This document shows positions 27,434 to 38,782 of a DNA stretch of 59,025 bases, piece by piece. Position numbers and translations under genes: made by a program. Source of the stretch: Solirubrobacteraceae bacterium (lineage in GTDB: Bacteria > Actinomycetota > Thermoleophilia > Solirubrobacterales > Solirubrobacteraceae); NCBI GenBank assembly GCA_035532195.1, contig DATKRM010000204.1, forward strand, positions 1 through 59,025, in the 5' to 3' direction. Each line of letters starts with the position of its first letter. Position 1 is the first letter of the stretch. Under the pieces are notes generated by a model that was not told the DNA's origin, did not search any database, and saw only the letters and a program-made list of their open reading frames with translations.

Positions 27434-28915
27434 GTGTCGATTACCCATACCCAGATTCTCCTCCGCCGCGTCGGCCTCTTGGCCGCACTGGTGCTGCCGC
27501 TGGTCGCGGCCACCGGGGCGCAGGCGGCCCGCTTCGACCCCCTGGGCTTTCAGATCATCGCGCCGCCCGGCGGCCTGACGGCTCACGAGAATGGCGGCCA
27601 GGCGGTGATCACCGTCCAGCGCTCGCAGGCGGAGTCCCTGTTCAGCGCTCAGGTCCGCTACATCACCTCGGGCGACGGTTACAACCCGGCCACCAACGCC
27701 CCGTTCGACTGCGGCGGTACCCCGTGCACGGCGACGTCCTACGACTTCACCACGGTGAAGGGGGAACTCGACTTCGAGCGCGGGCAGACCAGCCTTAGTT
27801 TCGCCATCCCGATCGTCGACCACGGCGCGGCCAGCATCCCCAAGACGCTGCGGGTCTCGCTGTACGGGCCCTCCCCCATCGGCCTCGGCCCTGTGTCCAC
27901 CAGCGTCCTAACCATCCTCAACGACGACCCGGCCCCGTCCCGAGATCCCGTCAATCCGCTCGGCTTGACCAAGGTCACGGACGGCAACCCACTGGCCGGA
28001 ATGCAGTTCTACGTCGACCTGAAGAGCGAGCCGGCCAAGGCAGCCCACAGCAACCCAGCGCTGCGGGTAATCGCCAGCCAGCCGGGGGCGCAGCGATTCG
28101 GCTTCTTCACGCCGTCGGAGTACGTGCCCGACGTGGGGACCGCGGTATCCCGGTACCTCAGCCGGGCGGCTACCGATGCTCCCGGCACGGTGCCAATGCT
28201 GGCCACATACGCACTGGTCCACGGGGTGCGGGGCAACGGCGACTCGCCGGACTTCGTGGCCCAATACCACAACTTCGTCGACGGCTTCGCCCGTGGGATC
28301 GGGTCCTACCGCGCGGTGCTGTTCCTGGAGATGGACTCCATCATCACCGCACCGGGGCTGAACGCCCACGGCCGAGCCACGCGAATGGGGGAGATCAACG
28401 ACGCCATCGACACGCTGCTCGCCAACTGTCCGCACCTGGTGATCTACCTCGATGCCGGCGCTGCAGACGCGGCTCACGCGCCGGTGGTCGCCCGGCTGCT
28501 CATGCAGGCTGGCATCACCAAGATCCAGGGCTTCTTCCTCAATGCCACCCACTTCGACTGGACCAGCAAGGAGATCCGGTTCGGTGAGCAGGTCTCCCGC
28601 CTAACCGGGGGCAAGCACTTCGTGGTCAACACCGGCGCCAACGGCCAGGGCCCCCTGCGGCCTCCCGACATCGTGAGGGATGGGAACGAGGTGCTGTGCA
28701 ACCCGGTGGGCCGCGGGCTGGGGCCCAAGCCGACCACCCACACCGGTTACAAGAACGTTGATGCGTTCGCCTGGACCACTAACCCAGGCGAGTCCCTGGG
28801 CCAGTGTCAGGAGCTGGGGCCGAAGTACGAGCTGCCCGGGGCGCCGCCCACTGGCGTCTACTGGCCCAAGCTCGGGGCCATGCTGGTCCGTAACGCCGAC
28901 TTCGGGGTGCGGTAG
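27434..28915 (+). CDS. Secreted Calx-beta + GH6-family glycoside hydrolase
   Basis: Signal peptide; Calx-beta pattern (DFTTVKGELDFERGQTS...TILNDD); GH6 motifs NPLAGMQFYVD, LEMDS, YLDAG, GFFLN, HFVVNT..NG, W...PGES. Confidence 0.8.
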   Translation: MSITHTQILLRRVGLLAALVLPLVAATGAQAARFDPLGFQIIAPPGGLTAHENGGQAVITVQRSQAESLFSAQVRYITSGDGYNPATNAPFDCGGTPCTATSYDFTTVKGELDFERGQTSLSFAIPIVDHGAASIPKTLRVSLYGPSPIGLGPVSTSVLTILNDDPAPSRDPVNPLGLTKVTDGNPLAGMQFYVDLKSEPAKAAHSNPALRVIASQPGAQRFGFFTPSEYVPDVGTAVSRYLSRAATDAPGTVPMLATYALVHGVRGNGDSPDFVAQYHNFVDGFARGIGSYRAVLFLEMDSIITAPGLNAHGRATRMGEINDAIDTLLANCPHLVIYLDAGAADAAHAPVVARLLMQAGITKIQGFFLNATHFDWTSKEIRFGEQVSRLTGGKHFVVNTGANGQGPLRPPDIVRDGNEVLCNPVGRGLGPKPTTHTGYKNVDAFAWTTNPGESLGQCQELGPKYELPGAPPTGVYWPKLGAMLVRNADFGVR

Positions 28916-29223
28916 CGCCGGCCCCCGATCCGAGTTGACGGCGCGGAATTTCTCGACGACTCGGAGGCAAACCCCCTGCAAACACGTGGTCGGCCCGTGT
29001 CGCCCCATTTCGCCTTGCTTCCAGGCGAGTGTCAATGCTTGAAACGAGCAGTCAATCGCGGTAACGCAGGCGGATGCTCCGACAGTCGATCACGTCTCGG
29101 CCACCTTCCCCCCTCAACCGGGGGAGGATCGGCGGGCGCGGGCCGGGCGGGCACGAGTAGAGGCAATCGGGCGAGCGAGACGCCGGGCGGCCGATCATCG
29201 AGATGTCGCTACTGTGAGCGGCC

Positions 29224-30690
29224 GTGCGCCGCCGAGGTCTGTTCGCGGGGGCCCTGTGCCTCTGCCTGAGCGTTTGGGTAGCTCCCTCGGGGGGGAGCGA
29301 AGATCAGAGGCACCTGTCCTCGAGCCCCTACACGGTGTCGGTCACGTTGACCACCGCGGACATGCGCCAGGCGATGAGTGCGCGGCCGTCACTAAGGAGC
29401 TCCCCGCAGGCCCGGCCCCGGTACCCGCTGGTCGAGGTCAACGATCAATCCCGGTTCCAGCGGTTCAACGGCATCGGCGGGGCCATGACCGATACCTCCG
29501 CATGGCTGCTCGAGGATGGGCTGCTGCCGGTGGAGCGCGATCGCTGGATGACCAATCTGTTCAGCCGCCGGGCCGTGGGCCTGAACTTCCTGCGGGTTCC
29601 GATCGGAGCTTCCGATTTCACCGTACACGGGAGCCCGTACTCGTATGACGACCTGCCGCCAGGCCACGTGGATCCTCGGTTGAAGCGGTTCTCGATCGTC
29701 CACGACCTGGCCTACGTGATCCCCGCCCTGCGCCAGGCGTTGTCGGTCAATCCAGCCACCCTGCTGCTGGCCAGTCCGTGGAGCCCGCCCCCTTGGATGA
29801 AGGGCAACCACCAGTTCAACAACATCCAACACAAGGGAACGATCCTTACGTCCGACGAGCCCTCGCTGGCGGCATACATCGTGAAGTTCCTTCAGGCGTA
29901 CGCCAGCCAGGGCATCCACGTGAAGGCGATCACGGTCCAGAACGAACCGTCGGTCCAGAGCAACTATCCCGGCGCCACGTTGCCCGCATCACAGGAGTCG
30001 GACCTCATCGCCCGCTACCTGCATCCGGCCCTGCGCCGCGCCGAACTGTCCGCGGTGTCGATCTACGGCTATGACGGCAGCTGGGGCGGCTACGCGTGGG
30101 ACGTCGCGGGTGGGCCGGCCGGGGGGGACCTAGCCGGGATTTCGTGGCACTGCTACGTCGGCAGCCCGGACCTCATGCGGAGATTCCACGGTTATCAGCC
30201 GAGGTTCGATCAGGTGGTCGGTGAGTGCGCAACCCCGCCACGTCCTTCGACTTCCGCGGTGTTGATCACCTCGTTCCGCAGCTGGGCCAGCCGGGTTGCC
30301 ATGTGGAACCTCGCCCTCGATCCAGACGGCGGGCCGGTCCAGCATCCGAACATCGCCTGCGCAGGGTGCACGGGGATCATCACGGTTGACCCATCCACAC
30401 ACACGGCCAAGCCGACGCTCGACTACTACCAGCTGGCCCAGTTCGGGCATTACGTCCGGCCCGGCGCCACGCGGATCGACTCTTCGACCTTCGTCACGCA
30501 GGACGTCAACCCGCCCAAGACGTATGGACTCAACGACGTCGCGTTTCAGAACCCGGACGGGGAGACGGTCCTGATCGTGAACAACGACGCTAAGGTCACC
30601 AAGCCGTTCACAGTGGGCGACCGCGGCCAGTACTTCAGCTACCGGCTCGCTCCCGGCGCGACCGTCACGTTCACCTGGCGGGCGTCATAG
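29224..30690 (+). CDS. Secreted GH30 glycoside hydrolase (glucosylceramidase/beta-1,6-glucanase-like)
   Basis: GIGGAMTD, LRVPIGASDF, ASPWSPPPWMK, QNEP acid/base, WHCY, WNLALD, VAFQNPDG. Confidence 0.92.
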   Translation: MRRRGLFAGALCLCLSVWVAPSGGSEDQRHLSSSPYTVSVTLTTADMRQAMSARPSLRSSPQARPRYPLVEVNDQSRFQRFNGIGGAMTDTSAWLLEDGLLPVERDRWMTNLFSRRAVGLNFLRVPIGASDFTVHGSPYSYDDLPPGHVDPRLKRFSIVHDLAYVIPALRQALSVNPATLLLASPWSPPPWMKGNHQFNNIQHKGTILTSDEPSLAAYIVKFLQAYASQGIHVKAITVQNEPSVQSNYPGATLPASQESDLIARYLHPALRRAELSAVSIYGYDGSWGGYAWDVAGGPAGGDLAGISWHCYVGSPDLMRRFHGYQPRFDQVVGECATPPRPSTSAVLITSFRSWASRVAMWNLALDPDGGPVQHPNIACAGCTGIITVDPSTHTAKPTLDYYQLAQFGHYVRPGATRIDSSTFVTQDVNPPKTYGLNDVAFQNPDGETVLIVNNDAKVTKPFTVGDRGQYFSYRLAPGATVTFTWRAS

Positions 30691-30727
30691 GCGCGGGCGA
30701 CCGGGCACCGCTCGCCCCTGCTGGGCC

Positions 30728-32176
30728 CTACGTCCGGGCAATAGTGCCCCAGCCGATGACCAGCTCGCCGTCCATCAGGCACGCCAGCTGCCCAGGCGCC
30801 GGACCCTCCGCCGGCTCGGCCAGGTCGATCCGCATCAGCCGGTGGCGCCCCGCCATCGGGGAGCCGGACAGCCTGGCGCCCAGCGGGCGTGAGCGGTAGC
30901 GCAGCTTGACTCGATCCACGCGCTCGCCCGTGCGGTGCAGCCTCACTGCCCGCACCGCCACGCGGTGCGTCTGCAGCGCGGCTCGCGGCCCCACCACCAC
31001 GTGATTGGACGCGGCCTGCTTGTCCAGCACGTACAGCGGCTCGCTGCCGGCCACGCCCAGCCCCCGGCGCTGGCCCACCGTGTAGCGGTGCTGGCCCCCA
31101 TGCTGGCCCAGCACGCGACCGCCGCGATCGACGATCGGCCCGGGGCGCTCACCCAGCCCCCCGTGCCGGGACAGGAACTGAGCCCGGTCGGTCCCGGCCA
31201 GGAAGCACAGGTCCTGGGAGTCGACCTTGGATGCGACCGGAAGGCCGGCCTCCCGGGCCAGCTCACGCACTCGAGGCTTGTGCAGCTCGCCCAGCGGAAA
31301 CCACATCCGGGCCAGCGACTCCGAGGACAGCGCGGCGAGCATGTAGGTCTGGTCCTTGGCCGGGTCGGCCGCCGCCCGCAGCAGCGGGCCGTCGGCGTGC
31401 TCGGTCTCGGCCTGGCGGGCATAGTGCCCGGTGGCCAGCCGGCGGCAACCCAGGCGGTCGGCCAGGGCCAGCATCGCGTCCAGCCGCACGTGACCGTTGC
31501 AGCCCACGCACGGATTCGGGGTCTCGCCGGCCGCGTAGCCGGCGACGAACGGCTCCACCACGCCGCGGCGGAACTCGTCCCGCAGGTCGATCGTGAAGTG
31601 CGGGAGGTCCATCGAGTGGGCCAGCGCGCGGGCCGCGGCCACCGCCGAGGCCGAGCAGCAGCTGCCCTCCGCGTCGTTCTCGGGGTCGGCCCACAGCTCC
31701 AAGGTGACCGCCACCGTCTCGCCGTCCAGCGCACACAACAGTGCGGCCACCGCGCTGTCCACGCCGCCGCTCATGGCGACCAGCGTCCGGTTGGCCAGCG
31801 GAGGCAGCACCGGCTGGGCCCTGACGGCGATCCCCAGGGCCCGGGCCAGCGCCTCGGCCGCGACGTCAGCCGCGTGCAGCTTGCCCGGGCTGAGCCCGCC
31901 CAGTTCCTCGACGATCTCCCGGGGGCCAATCCGCGCAGCCTCAACCACCGTCCGACCGCGGCTCAACGTCACCGCGGCGCTCGCCGCAGCCGTGGCAGCG
32001 CCACAGCCCTGGGCCTGGAATCCGGCCTCGGCCACGCGCTGGTCGCGGACCGCCAAGCCGAACTCGATCTGGTCGCCGCACGCGCCGCCTTCCACCTTCG
32101 CCGGCGAGCAGCCGGCCGGAATTCGTCCCCGGCCTTGCGGCGAGCTCAGGTGATGTTCGAAAGCCTCCGGATCCAT
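30728..32176 (-). CDS. mnmA: tRNA 2-thiouridine(34) synthase with an N-terminal IscU/SufU-like domain
   Basis: Residues 1-~118 carry GACGD and GCG (NifU_N pattern); then VAMSGGVDS, PNPCVGCN, ATGHYA, KDQTY, SQDLCF, YTVGQRRGLG, PGQ. Confidence 0.93.
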   Translation of the reverse strand: MDPEAFEHHLSSPQGRGRIPAGCSPAKVEGGACGDQIEFGLAVRDQRVAEAGFQAQGCGAATAAASAAVTLSRGRTVVEAARIGPREIVEELGGLSPGKLHAADVAAEALARALGIAVRAQPVLPPLANRTLVAMSGGVDSAVAALLCALDGETVAVTLELWADPENDAEGSCCSASAVAAARALAHSMDLPHFTIDLRDEFRRGVVEPFVAGYAAGETPNPCVGCNGHVRLDAMLALADRLGCRRLATGHYARQAETEHADGPLLRAAADPAKDQTYMLAALSSESLARMWFPLGELHKPRVRELAREAGLPVASKVDSQDLCFLAGTDRAQFLSRHGGLGERPGPIVDRGGRVLGQHGGQHRYTVGQRRGLGVAGSEPLYVLDKQAASNHVVVGPRAALQTHRVAVRAVRLHRTGERVDRVKLRYRSRPLGARLSGSPMAGRHRLMRIDLAEPAEGPAPGQLACLMDGELVIGWGTIART

Positions 32177-32216
32177 CCCGGCGAGGATAGTGCCGGGGCC
32201 AGGCTGGAGCGAGGCC

Positions 32217-32834
32217 TCAGCCGGCTGCGACCGGCACCGCCAGGGCGTCCTGGAGCCGCTGGGCGATCTCGAACGAGTCGGCGAATCCGACGATCTCCTG
32301 GGCGTGTCGCCCGCGGTCGATGATCACCAGCGTGGGCGAGAGGTTCACCGGCACCTGGTTGGTCAGTGCGGCGTAGCTCGAGACCTCGGGCAGCGGGACG
32401 GCCAGCTTGAACACCCGGCCTCCGAGCGCCGGGACCCCGGCCAGCTCCTGCTTGACCGCTTGATCGTCGGCGGCCGCCGGGTTGTAGAACAGCAGGGCCA
32501 GCACGTGGCCGCGGGCCAAGGCGTTCTGCACCGCGCTCAGGCGGGTGGACGCGCCGGGCTGCGCCGAGGCTGTTGGCCGTACCGCTGGCTTGCTCGCCTG
32601 CGCCAGCCGCCCCGCAATCTGGGGCCGGTGAACCGGCTTAGGCACCGCGGCGGCCCGATGGGTGGGCCGCGGCGAGGGCGGCTTCGCCGCGGCGGGCGGC
32701 GATACCACCGCAGGCTTCGAGGCGGGCGGTGAGCTGCTGCTCGAACCGTGCGGCTTCAGAGCCACCAGCCACAGGGCGAGGAAGGCCGCAGCAGCCACCA
32801 GCACAATGAGCAACGGGCGCGAAACGTGGTCCAT
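32217..32834 (-). CDS. Membrane-anchored protein with a Pro/Ala linker and a CxxC-less thioredoxin-like domain
   Basis: N-terminal TM, low-complexity linker, LLFYNP...DD and SPTLVIIDR..G (cis-Pro-like) pattern. Confidence 0.7.
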   Translation of the reverse strand: MDHVSRPLLIVLVAAAAFLALWLVALKPHGSSSSSPPASKPAVVSPPAAAKPPSPRPTHRAAAVPKPVHRPQIAGRLAQASKPAVRPTASAQPGASTRLSAVQNALARGHVLALLFYNPAAADDQAVKQELAGVPALGGRVFKLAVPLPEVSSYAALTNQVPVNLSPTLVIIDRGRHAQEIVGFADSFEIAQRLQDALAVPVAAG

Positions 32835-32842
32835 CGCTGGAG

Positions 32843-32870
32843 AGATCGGCCGCGGTGCCCCGGGGAGTGA
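32843..32870 (-). promoter_or_regulatory. Possible sigma28/WhiG-like leaderless promoter
   Basis: TCACT-N15-GCCGATCT, 8 nt before ATG 32834. Confidence 0.4.
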
Positions 32871-32898
32871 GCGCTGAGGCGCAGGCTAGACGAGCGTC

Positions 32899-34649
<1,751 letters not shown>

Positions 34650-34653
<4 letters not shown>

Positions 34654-35882
34654 GCCAACCTGCTTCCCCGCAGGATCGAGGGGATCACCTGATCTGGGTC
34701 GAGCTCCTGCTGTTCACCGGACTCCATCTCCTTGAGGCTGGCCGCCCGAGCGCCGGCGACGATCGCCACGTAGCGGGCGCCCAGCCGATCTGCGTGCTTG
34801 AGCTGGCCCTTGAGCGACCGGCGCGAGAGCTCAAGCTGGGTCTGCAGACCGGCCTGCCGGGCCTTGCGCGCCAGCTGAAATCCCTGCGGTGCGGCCTCCG
34901 GCTCGGCCAGGGCCACGAACAGGTCGACCACTGGTGGTGCGGTGGGCAGCTCCCCGGCCGCCAGCAGCATCCGCTCCACCCCGGCGGCCCATCCGCAGGC
35001 CGCGGTGGGCGGGCCTTCCAGCTGCTCGATCAGGCGGTCATAGCGCCCACCACCCCCCACGCCGGACTGCGCGCCGAGCTCATCGCTGGTGAACTCGAAC
35101 ACCGTCCGCGTGTAGTAGTCGAGGCCGCGAACTAGGGTCGAGTCGATCTCGTACGGGACACCGGCGCCGTCCAGCAGCCGCTGCACCTCGGCGAAGTGCT
35201 CGGCGTCCTCCGGCGCTAGCCGATCGAGCAGCCGAGGGGCGCGCTCCATCACCGCCCGGGTGGCCGGGTCGGCCCGGTCGAACGCCCGCAGCGGGTTGAG
35301 TTCCAGCTCCCCGGTCAGCGTGAGCTCGGCTCGGAGAAAGGCTCGGAGCTCTTCCCGATACTCGGTCCGGGTTTCGGGGGTGCCCAGGCTGGACAGGCGC
35401 AGCCGGGCCCGCACGCCGATCGCCTCCAGCAGCTCGCTCAGCAGCACGATCAGCTCGGCGTCGGTTTCCGGCTCGGCGGAACCGATGGCCTCGGCCCCGA
35501 CCTGCCAGAACTGGCGGTAGCGCCCCTTCTGCGGCGCCTCGGCCCGGAAGAAGCTCGAGAGGTACCAGAGTTTGACCGGCTGTGGGAGCTTGTGCATGCC
35601 GTGCTCGATGTAGGCGCGGCACACCGGGGCGGTGCCCTCCGGACGCAACGTGAGCGACCGGCCGCCGGCGTCCGAGAACGTGTACATCTCCTTCTGGACG
35701 ATGTCGGTGGCCTGCCCCACCCCGCGCGCGAACAGCTCGGTGGCCTCGAACGCCGGCGTCTCGATCCGGCGGTAGCCGGCGGCTCCCAAGACCCGTTTGG
35801 CGTGTCCCTCCAGCAGCTCACGGCGCGCAGCGTCCTCCGGGAGCACGTCGAACGTGCCGCGCGGCGACTGGATCCTAGTCAC
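34650..35882 (-). CDS. hisS: Histidine--tRNA ligase
   Basis: PRGTFD, KEMY, LRPEGTA, RQFWQ, LVRGLDYY, GGRYD. Confidence 0.97.
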
Positions 35883-36526
35883 CGGTTCTGGGCGAGCTCC
35901 GCCAGGAACGGGTTGGTCGCCTGCTCCTGTCCCAGCGTGGTTATCCCCATGTGTCCGGGATACACAGTGGTGTCCGGCGAGAAGCGCTCAACCAGCGTCT
36001 CGATCGAGGCCAGCAGTGTCGGCCAGTCACCGCCCGGGAGATCCACGCGTCCCACTGAGCCTTGGAACAGGACGTCCCCGGAGAACAGCGCTGCATCGTT
36101 CTCGATCGCGTAGGTCACATGGCCCGGGCTGTGGCCGGGGGTGGACAGGACCTCGATCTTCATTCCGGCCAGCTCGAGGGTCTCACCGCCCGTGACCGTG
36201 TGATCGGCCTGATAGCTCTCGAATGGCCCGAAGCCCGGCCAGGGCACGTAGTCCATGATGTTGGCCAGGACCTGCCGTTCGATCTCCGGGCACCACACCG
36301 GCGCGCCGGTGGCTTGGGCCACGGGCGCCACCGCGCCGATGTGGTCGAAGTGGGTGTGGGTGACGAGGATCGCCTCGACCTGGATGCCGAGCGTCTGCAC
36401 CGCCTCCAGCAACCGATCGGCTTCGTCACCCGGGTCGACGATCACCCCGCGGTCGGAGCCCGGCTCACGCACCACGAAGCAGTTCTCCTGAACCGGTCCC
36501 ACGGTGAACATGCGGACGTCGATCAC
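35879..36526 (-). CDS. Metallo-beta-lactamase fold hydrolase (glyoxalase II-like)
   Basis: THTHFDHIG, TPGHSPG, SGDVLF, YPGH. Confidence 0.93.
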   Translation of the reverse strand: MIDVRMFTVGPVQENCFVVREPGSDRGVIVDPGDEADRLLEAVQTLGIQVEAILVTHTHFDHIGAVAPVAQATGAPVWCPEIERQVLANIMDYVPWPGFGPFESYQADHTVTGGETLELAGMKIEVLSTPGHSPGHVTYAIENDAALFSGDVLFQGSVGRVDLPGGDWPTLLASIETLVERFSPDTTVYPGHMGITTLGQEQATNPFLAELAQNR

Positions 36527-36882
36527 TTGCGTGCCGCCTTGCGCTGGCGCCGGCGGTACAGCATCAGCTCAAGGTAGTAGCCGGCCGGGATGTAGATGAT
36601 CAACGCGATGACCGTGAACAGCAGCGCGCCGGCCACGGCGTTCTTCTTGCTGTGGTTGACCACGAGGATGAACACGAACACGATCGCTGCGGCCACGAAG
36701 GCTCTCGTGACCGACGACTTCCAGGTCGGGGGGCGGTTCAGCCGCTCCTCACGCGCGGTGGCCCGCGTCTGCTTCTTGCGCTCTTCCGCCGTGGGCGGAC
36801 GGCCGGTGCGGCCCCGCGTCTGGATCGTTCCGGCCGGAGTCCCCCGGTGCTTTGTCCGCCGCTTGCGCTTGGTCTGGGCCAT
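36523..36882 (-). CDS. Small basic membrane protein (2 TM)
   Basis: Lys/Arg-rich N-terminus, two hydrophobic helices, coupled to the downstream gene, TAAGCT -10. Confidence 0.75.
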   Translation of the reverse strand: MAQTKRKRRTKHRGTPAGTIQTRGRTGRPPTAEERKKQTRATAREERLNRPPTWKSSVTRAFVAAAIVFVFILVVNHSKKNAVAGALLFTVIALIIYIPAGYYLELMLYRRRQRKAARK

Positions 36883-36903
36883 GGTGGATGTGAGCTTAGT
36901 GCG

Positions 36904-37752
36904 TTAGCGCAGCGCGTCCTCGATCGTGGCCCGGTTGCGCAGCGGCACGTCTTCCGGAAATTCCTCCAAGGCCGCCTGCGGCGCCAGCCCCACCAGCTCG
37001 GCCTCGGCCACCGGGGCGTGCCGCTGGATCGCCGCGATCACTTCCGCCAGCGGCGCCCGGTCGTGATCCTCGATGTTCATCGACACCTGGGCCACACCGC
37101 GGTGCTCGAGCCACACCCCAATCGCCCGCACCGCAGGCAGGCCCTGGGGACCGGTCTCCCGGATCGCCCCGGCCACGGCGCGGGCCGTCTCGAGGGTGGC
37201 CGGCGGGGCCAGCTCCACGTTGAACGCCACCAGGGGCGGGCGAGCCGCGACGAGCACCGCCCCGGCCGTGGGATGAAGTTGCGGCGGGCCGAAGTCGGGC
37301 GCCAGCTCGCGGGAGGCGATCCGGCGCGCCAGCATGGTCGGTCCACCCGCCCGCAGCTGCTGACGGGTGCGGCCCTGCGCCAGCTCGCCGTACAGGAGCA
37401 CTGGCAGACCGAGCTCCTCGCCCAGCCGGTCGCCGAGCACCAGCGCCTCGGCGCAGGCCGCTCCGCGGTCCTCGGCGCGCGTGTACACGATTGGGGCCAC
37501 GTCAATCGCGCCGATACGAGGGTGCTCACCCCCCTGGCGTGTGATGTCGATCTCGGCCGTGGCGACCCGGGCCCCGGCCACCACGGCTTCGGCCAGCGCC
37601 CCGGGCTCGCCGGCCAGAGTGAACACGCTGCGGTGATGATCGGGGTCGGAATGCACGTTCAGCCGCCGGGCGTCAAACGCCTCGGCGATCCGGTCGATCA
37701 GCTGCTGATCCCGGCCTTCGGAGACGTTGGGCACGGCCAGCAGCAGGGTCAC
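36904..37752 (-). CDS. Glutamate formimidoyltransferase (FT domain of FTCD)
   Basis: VPNVSEGRD, DPDHHRSV, GEHPRIGAIDV, PDFGP, LVAFNV, QVSMN, ELVGL. Confidence 0.92.
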   Translation of the reverse strand: MTLLLAVPNVSEGRDQQLIDRIAEAFDARRLNVHSDPDHHRSVFTLAGEPGALAEAVVAGARVATAEIDITRQGGEHPRIGAIDVAPIVYTRAEDRGAACAEALVLGDRLGEELGLPVLLYGELAQGRTRQQLRAGGPTMLARRIASRELAPDFGPPQLHPTAGAVLVAARPPLVAFNVELAPPATLETARAVAGAIRETGPQGLPAVRAIGVWLEHRGVAQVSMNIEDHDRAPLAEVIAAIQRHAPVAEAELVGLAPQAALEEFPEDVPLRNRATIEDALR

Positions 37753-38690
37753 AGCACGTAGCGACCTTCCTCCAGGACCACCCGCTCATCGATTCGCAAG
37801 GTGGCCTCGAGCACCACCGCATCGAGGTGGACCGGGACGGAGACCGTGCCGCCGATCCCGGCGCTGGCCCCGAACGCCACGTGGACGGTGCCGAGGATCT
37901 TCTCGTCCTCCAGCACGTTCCCGGTCAGCGTGGCCCGGTCATTGGTCCCCACGCCAAGCTCGGCCAGGTTGCAGCCCCGCTCGCCGTGCGCCCGCAGCCG
38001 CTCCAGGAACTGTGGGCCCAGGCCGCCCTGGGCGTCCACGATCCTCCCGCCGCTGACGCTCAGCGCGGCCGGTTCGTCACGCAGACCGAGGGCCGCCAGG
38101 CTCGAGGCGACTACCGTGCCCTCGCCGCCCGCCGGCGCGATGAACCCCTCACCGCAGGGCAGGTTGCCGAACGCGCCGCGCTGGCCAAGCACGCCGTCGT
38201 CGGCGATGCCGCGGCGTCCGCTCAGCTGGACGACGAAGTCAGAGCCGCGGGGGCAGGTCAGGTGCGCCTGCTCGGCGGCGGTGAGCAGCTCTGCCACGTC
38301 CCGGGAGCGCCGGCCCATGGTGTCGAAGTCGACCGCCATCACCCGGGCCAGCATCTCCTCGGTCACCCCGGGCATAGTGGCGCCGCGGGCCCCGGCGTCG
38401 GTGGCCGCTTTGCGCGCCGCGGTGTGGCTCAACGACCGGGACGTGGGTGCGATGAACACGTCGCTGGCCCGCAGCGCGCCGGCCACGGTGGCCGGCGGCT
38501 CGGCGCCGTCGTTGGCCCGCGGGTCCATCACCACCAGCACCGCATCCGCCCCGGCCTCGGCCGCCTCGGCGCGCAGCGCCTCGCCGATCTCCCGGGTGGC
38601 GGGATCCACGACTACCACCACCTCTTCGCTCGTCGAAACGGCCAGGCACTGGTGAATCACCGTTCGGACCGCGGGGCCAAGCTCGCTCAT
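37749..38690 (-). CDS. M29/aminopeptidase T-like metallopeptidase
   Basis: SLSHT, GNLPCGE, AELGVGTN, EDEKILGTVHVAFG, HLD. ATG 38690 follows TATGAT. Confidence 0.85.
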   Translation of the reverse strand: MSELGPAVRTVIHQCLAVSTSEEVVVVVDPATREIGEALRAEAAEAGADAVLVVMDPRANDGAEPPATVAGALRASDVFIAPTSRSLSHTAARKAATDAGARGATMPGVTEEMLARVMAVDFDTMGRRSRDVAELLTAAEQAHLTCPRGSDFVVQLSGRRGIADDGVLGQRGAFGNLPCGEGFIAPAGGEGTVVASSLAALGLRDEPAALSVSGGRIVDAQGGLGPQFLERLRAHGERGCNLAELGVGTNDRATLTGNVLEDEKILGTVHVAFGASAGIGGTVSVPVHLDAVVLEATLRIDERVVLEEGRYVL

Positions 38691-38782
38691 GGGCGGCTGA
38701 TCATAGGCGGCCGGCACCGCCCATCCCGATCGTCCTCCTGGGTGGCGTCGCCCCAGACCTGGGGGTCGCATACTTACGGGCC

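Noticed and set aside
28965-29010. GGCAAACC upstream of GH30 as a second c-di-GMP-I riboswitch
   Set aside because: The partner GGGACGCAAAGCC and the P3 elements are absent.
29189-29198. GCCGATCA upstream of GH30 as a sigma28 promoter
   Set aside because: No TCAA/TAAA-like -35 at a suitable distance.
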